A stretch of 51,029 nucleotides of DNA, filler included, from Bipalium vagum (Eukaryota): the NCBI GenBank assembly GCA_037834085.1. It is 3 parts of 3 records of this genome, joined end to end, with 100 filler letters (N's around TTAATTAATTAA, not from the genome) between each part and the next. Parts side by side here need not be neighbours in the genome. Positions count along the whole stretch, not along the records: positions 33,121 to 51,029 come from JBBMKC010046879.1; 2 more parts are not named here. One strand, given 5' to 3'. The translations under genes and the position numbers were made by a program. Below the pieces are notes generated by a model. The model did not search any database. It was not told the DNA's origin and saw nothing but the letters and a program-made list of their open reading frames with translations. The number at the start of each line of letters is the position of its first letter. Within the stretch, counting starts at the first letter, position 1. Positions 47,501 through 51,029 of this stretch are shown here, in pieces.

Positions 47501-49746
47501 ATAAAATTAAATTTTTAATATAAAAGTTATATTTTTCAAATAAAGTAATAAATAAAATATTTTTTATTCTATATCGAAAATTGGTCACTAATTTTTTTAT
47601 CTGATATTATTAAATAAATCCTCTTTTCTGTGAAAAATATTTTAGATTATGAGTAAATTTGAAAATCAAATAAATATGTATAAAATATTACATTAATTCT
47701 GGTGAACAGAAATCATTTTCGATTAAGTACCTAATTTATTTAAATTTTGTTAACATAACATATCTTAATTTATGAAAATATCAAGGCACTAATGGTTACG
47801 ACAGAAAATTCTCTGAATGGGTCTTTGGCGACTATTTTCTGATCAATAGTTTTCAGTTGTTTGCTTTCTTCATTGCTATAGAAGGTATCTGAAACTCGTC
47901 TTTTCTTTACATTCTTTAGTGGAATGTAATAATTTGTTTGTTATATTCATTTAAAATTAGTCCCGTTTCTCGTATATGCCATCCATCACAATGAAAAGTA
48001 GTAGTAAAATATTATCTTACCGTTGCTTAAGGCAACGACTTGTACCTGATCTATTTTAATTCCTTACTTTTATATTGTTTGATTTCTATTTTAAAAAGTA
48101 TTAGAAAATAATGCTACTTTACGTTTTGCAAAATCAAAAATATTAATAATAAATTTTTAAAATATTGTTGACACTTTACGTCATAAATGAAAGATACTAT
48201 ATATTTGTGCAATAATAAAAATAGCACTTATATTATATGACTAAATGATAATAAGATATACTCGATAATATCTATCAGTTATTATAAATCAATTAAAGAA
48301 TTAAATCAATAAATTTAGATTAACAAAATTACTGAAAACTAGAAAATTACTTAAAATGCTTGTCTCTAACACCCGAAAACAAGAAAATAAAATACTTACA
48401 GAATTTATTCATGTAAAATAGCATAAATAACAAAACATTCAAGGCAAACAATTGGGACAAAATCAGTATTAATGTGACATTTTAAACATAGTTTTGAGAC
48501 TTTATTTTGTTTATATGTTAAATTATTTCTCATTATCTTATGCAATTTTTTACTACTCCTCAAAAATAAAATTTTTGAAATAAAGTTTTCAGAATAAATT
48601 ATAATTTATAAATAATAATTATAATTTATTTATTCCAAATTTTTGTTAGAAAAATTAACGAATCAATGATATGAATAAAAAAGTATTATTTTTGTATTAA
48701 TATTTTTTAAAATGTTTATCATTGTTTTAAAAAGATGAAAATAATTTTTCTTAATGTCACTTCCACTGGATAGAAGAACAAAAATAATAAATATTTTATT
48801 GATTTTCCAAAAAACTGACTTCGTGATAAAAAAGACTTAATCAAAATTACTTTTTATGAGCGAATATCACTGGCCTGTTCATCGATGCTCCGCAATTATT
48901 TCGTTGATTTTGGCACAACGATACTTTTTTGCTGATATTAGAAGAAAGTCTTGCGATTGGCTGAAATTTCGTTGGGCTTTCAGCGGGTTTTTCAGGAATT
49001 GCTCGAATAAGACAGCAAGAATCATCAAGCGGGTTTGTAGCAATGATATTGATGTTATCATTATCTTGAGACTTGATGCAGATTTTAATGGGAATAGGAC
49101 GAGCAATATAATCGTTAGTCGAAGTTACGGAATGACATTTACGTTTTGTCGGTAATTCATGATGCTTCAAAACATTGGATTCGGGTGAAGCAGTGCTTAA
49201 CATCTGATTATTGGAAAGTCGACAATATCCCGAAGAAAAGGAATGGCGATGTGAAGGAACACTTGTTGAAACTTAATAAGTAACATTTTTATAGAATTTG
49301 AAAGGAAATTTATTTATATAAAGAAATTTGATCATGATACAAATCTGAGATCATTTGTTTAAATAATTTAATAATTTATATCTCAAATTTTAAAAGGATT
49401 AAAATGTTAAATTCCAATAATTTTTTTAACAATAAAAATAAAATTAATAATTTTTAAGATAAATTTTAAACAATTAAACAAAAAAACAGAAACTTACTGT
49501 TGCTGTATTTCATACAGTTTTCATGACTGATCAATTTCTAAAAGAATTATATCAATAATTAAATAAAATTCCATATACAAAACATACATAATCTACATCG
49601 TAGTTAAAAGAATTATTTACAATATCATTTCCTTCAATGTCACAAGCTTTATCTTCCGTCAATGTCGAAGATTCCATTTGATCGGCCAAGAGACTCATAA
49701 CACTAATGGGTCTAATGTAAGCAGAATTTGATGATATCGAAGACAT
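34200..49746 (-). CDS. FAM53: FAM53-family protein (FAM53A/B/simplet-like), about 659 aa; join(49746-49588,49537-49498,49271-48851,44120-43940,40151-39879,35752-35282,34634-34200)
   Basis: Seven exons with GT-AG boundaries and compatible phases (0,1,2,0,0,0) give one 1980-nt open frame. FAM53 motifs: VMSLLADQMESSTL (cf. MVTLITEKLQSQSL), PTKRKCHSV (PTKRHCRSL), SPMHRSESVTSSGF (SP.PRP.SASSGF), RCHSQP (RCRSQP), KRRYPSL, IASSP and C-terminal ELDLDQIELD* (ELDLEQIENN*). Confidence 0.85.
34674..34930 (+). mobile_element. Mariner 3' fragment in a FAM53 intron
   Basis: PDLSPTYYYFFKHLD..FYRIRINNLVTRWEKCV. Confidence 0.85.
35282..35752 (-). CDS. FAM53: FAM53-like coding exon 6 (donor uncertain; alternative in-phase donor after 35312)
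   Basis: ttttcag acceptor. The frame is open through SLPRIASSP. Confidence 0.75.
37523..38816 (+). mobile_element. maT DD37D transposon in a FAM53 intron, degenerate
   Basis: TIRs ACGGGTGACCAATGAAGAATGATAA / TTATCATTCTTTATTGGATACCCGC with TA flanks. Motifs IMFSDEKSF..NSHND and QQDGA...WPPNSPDLSPLDY, with 37-residue spacing. Confidence 0.9.
39879..40151 (-). CDS. FAM53: FAM53-like coding exon 5
   Basis: ttttcag acceptor and GTAAGT donor. Contains RCHSQP and LKRRYPSL. Confidence 0.85.
43940..44120 (-). CDS. FAM53: FAM53-like coding exon 4
   Basis: cttttcag acceptor and CAG|GTTATT donor. Contains SPMHRSESVTSSGF. Confidence 0.85.
44507..44531. repeat. (TA)n microsatellite
   Basis: About 12 units. 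Confidence 0.9.
45200..45750 (+). mobile_element. Very old Tc1-like remnant
   Basis: Weak motifs only: DIAANHIA (cf. DNA..H.A) and SPI/..EEHCD (cf. SPDL.PIEH.WD). Confidence 0.35.
47780..48050 (-). mobile_element. Tc1-like N-terminal remnant
   Basis: Weak: KTIDQKIVAKDPF with an upstream HTH-like segment. Confidence 0.35.
48851..49271 (-). CDS. FAM53: FAM53-like coding exon 3
   Basis: ttattaag acceptor and GTAATT donor. Contains PTKRKCHSV. Confidence 0.85.
49498..49537 (-). CDS. FAM53: FAM53-like coding exon 2 (40 nt)
   Basis: cttttag acceptor and GTAAGT donor. Encodes KLISHENCMKYSN and supplies the required phase 0 to 1 shift. Confidence 0.75.
49588..49746 (-). CDS. FAM53: FAM53-like coding exon 1
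   Basis: ATG at 49746, GTATGT donor at 49587 and an upstream ttttgcag acceptor at about 49803. Confidence 0.8.
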
Positions 49747-50080
49747 AATTTATGGTTTCAAATCTATGATTTTGTTTTAATTCGAGGCTGCAATCCGAAA
49801 TTCTGCAAAAATAAGTAATATAAAGGCATCGCAAAATAGCGACAAATGCAAGCCATTAATTTGCAATAATGCCTAATAATCATTAAGTCTTTTAATTCAT
49901 CTCATAAAATCATAATGTTCCAAAAACAATCTGAAATTCAACATCACTGTACAAGTCCGCATCAAACTGCTATTTTCTTGTCAAAAAGCCATCGCAAGGC
50001 AGAAAATATCCCTGTGTTTGTGTGTATTACAACTGGGGAAATGACAGAAAGAAAATACATGGTAATATTTCATAACTCAC

Positions 50081-50200
50081 CGTTTAATTTTCCATACAAA
50101 CACGATAATCACTTTAACTAAATATATTTGGCTATTGGCCAATTCGGGTCATTAGCAAGTCATGCATTGAATCTCAATATATTAACTGCAACAGAGCACA
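50081..50200 (-). other. Probable non-coding 5' exon of FAM53 (upstream boundary uncertain)
   Basis: The strong donor AACG|GTGAGT at 50081/50080 pairs with the acceptor at about 49803 upstream of the ATG. Confidence 0.45.
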
Positions 50201-51029
50201 AACATGTTTTTAGATAAAACTAAAATACCAAAATGATTTTTTATGTCAATTTTATTATTTTTTTAATAATTCTAAAATATTTTAAAATATTAACTCAAAA
50301 AAAATATTAAAATCATATCTCAGCTTATATATTTGAAATATCACTAGAATCAATACAAAAAAATAAATGATGTGGTTTTGTTGAATTATCAATTTATAAA
50401 TCATTAAGAGATGATCAAAATATTATTTTTTTCCATAATAAATCCAAACTTAATCTCATGCACTGATTTTGTAAATAAGTTCTGTATTTGATAAATAATA
50501 TAAGATATACATGACAGATAACTAAAAAAAATTTAAGAAATACTTACTTCTATTTTCATCAATTCTTAGTACAATTTCTAAATATTAAAAATAACTTTCC
50601 AAAGGTTATATTATTTAAATCAGTTTGATTCATTAAAACAATTACCAAATTTTACTTACATTTTAAGCCAGAAAGCGGTGTTATTATTTAATCTTCAACA
50701 AATGTGCACATTAACCATTAGAGAATTGAAACTTATTTTATAAATTAAAATTTCAGGATTAATAAATTAATTAGAAAATTATATTGTGTTTGCATTAAAA
50801 TACAAAAAGATTTTTATTATTTTTCAATTGACTAAAATTTAATAAAAATTCACTCTAGAAAATTCTCTTATAATCGAATAACAATTTGGACAATACTAAC
50901 ATATATTTAATATATGTTTATATTATATTTCATATATAAATATAATTATGTAAAGATCCTAAGTTGATAGACAAAAGGATAGCAAAGGTCGGAGCGTGAA
51001 TATGACTTAGGTCTCAACGGTTGAAGGTT

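Noticed and set aside
48856-49155. ORFs 48856-49155 (+) and 48879-49106 (-)
   Set aside because: They are alternate-frame or antisense shadows of FAM53 exon 3.

Overview
This is AT-rich, intron-containing animal (invertebrate-like) genomic DNA with two 100-nt scaffold gaps (16642-16741, 33021-33120). All protein assignments come from manual translation and motif recognition; no database searches were run. Left part (1-31.3 kb): a dense field of IS630-Tc1-mariner elements (mariner DD34D, Tc1 DD34E, maT DD37D, rosa/DD41D, pogo/Tigger, IS630-like). These are inserted into at least six decayed paralogs of a divergent insulin-receptor-like tyrosine kinase family. The family's apparent architecture is signal peptide, one receptor L domain, three FnIII, TM, NPxY and a kinase-like domain with DFG replaced by xFD. 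One intact, intronless, TATA-preceded orphan gene for a secreted protein with 20-aa repeats (9398-10150) sits inside this cluster. Right part (34.2-50.1 kb): an intact seven-coding-exon FAM53-family gene on the minus strand (about 659 aa) with transposon remnants in its introns. Next to the second gap lie a Gypsy RT fragment, a tRNA-Ala-like fragment and a non-LTR RT fragment.
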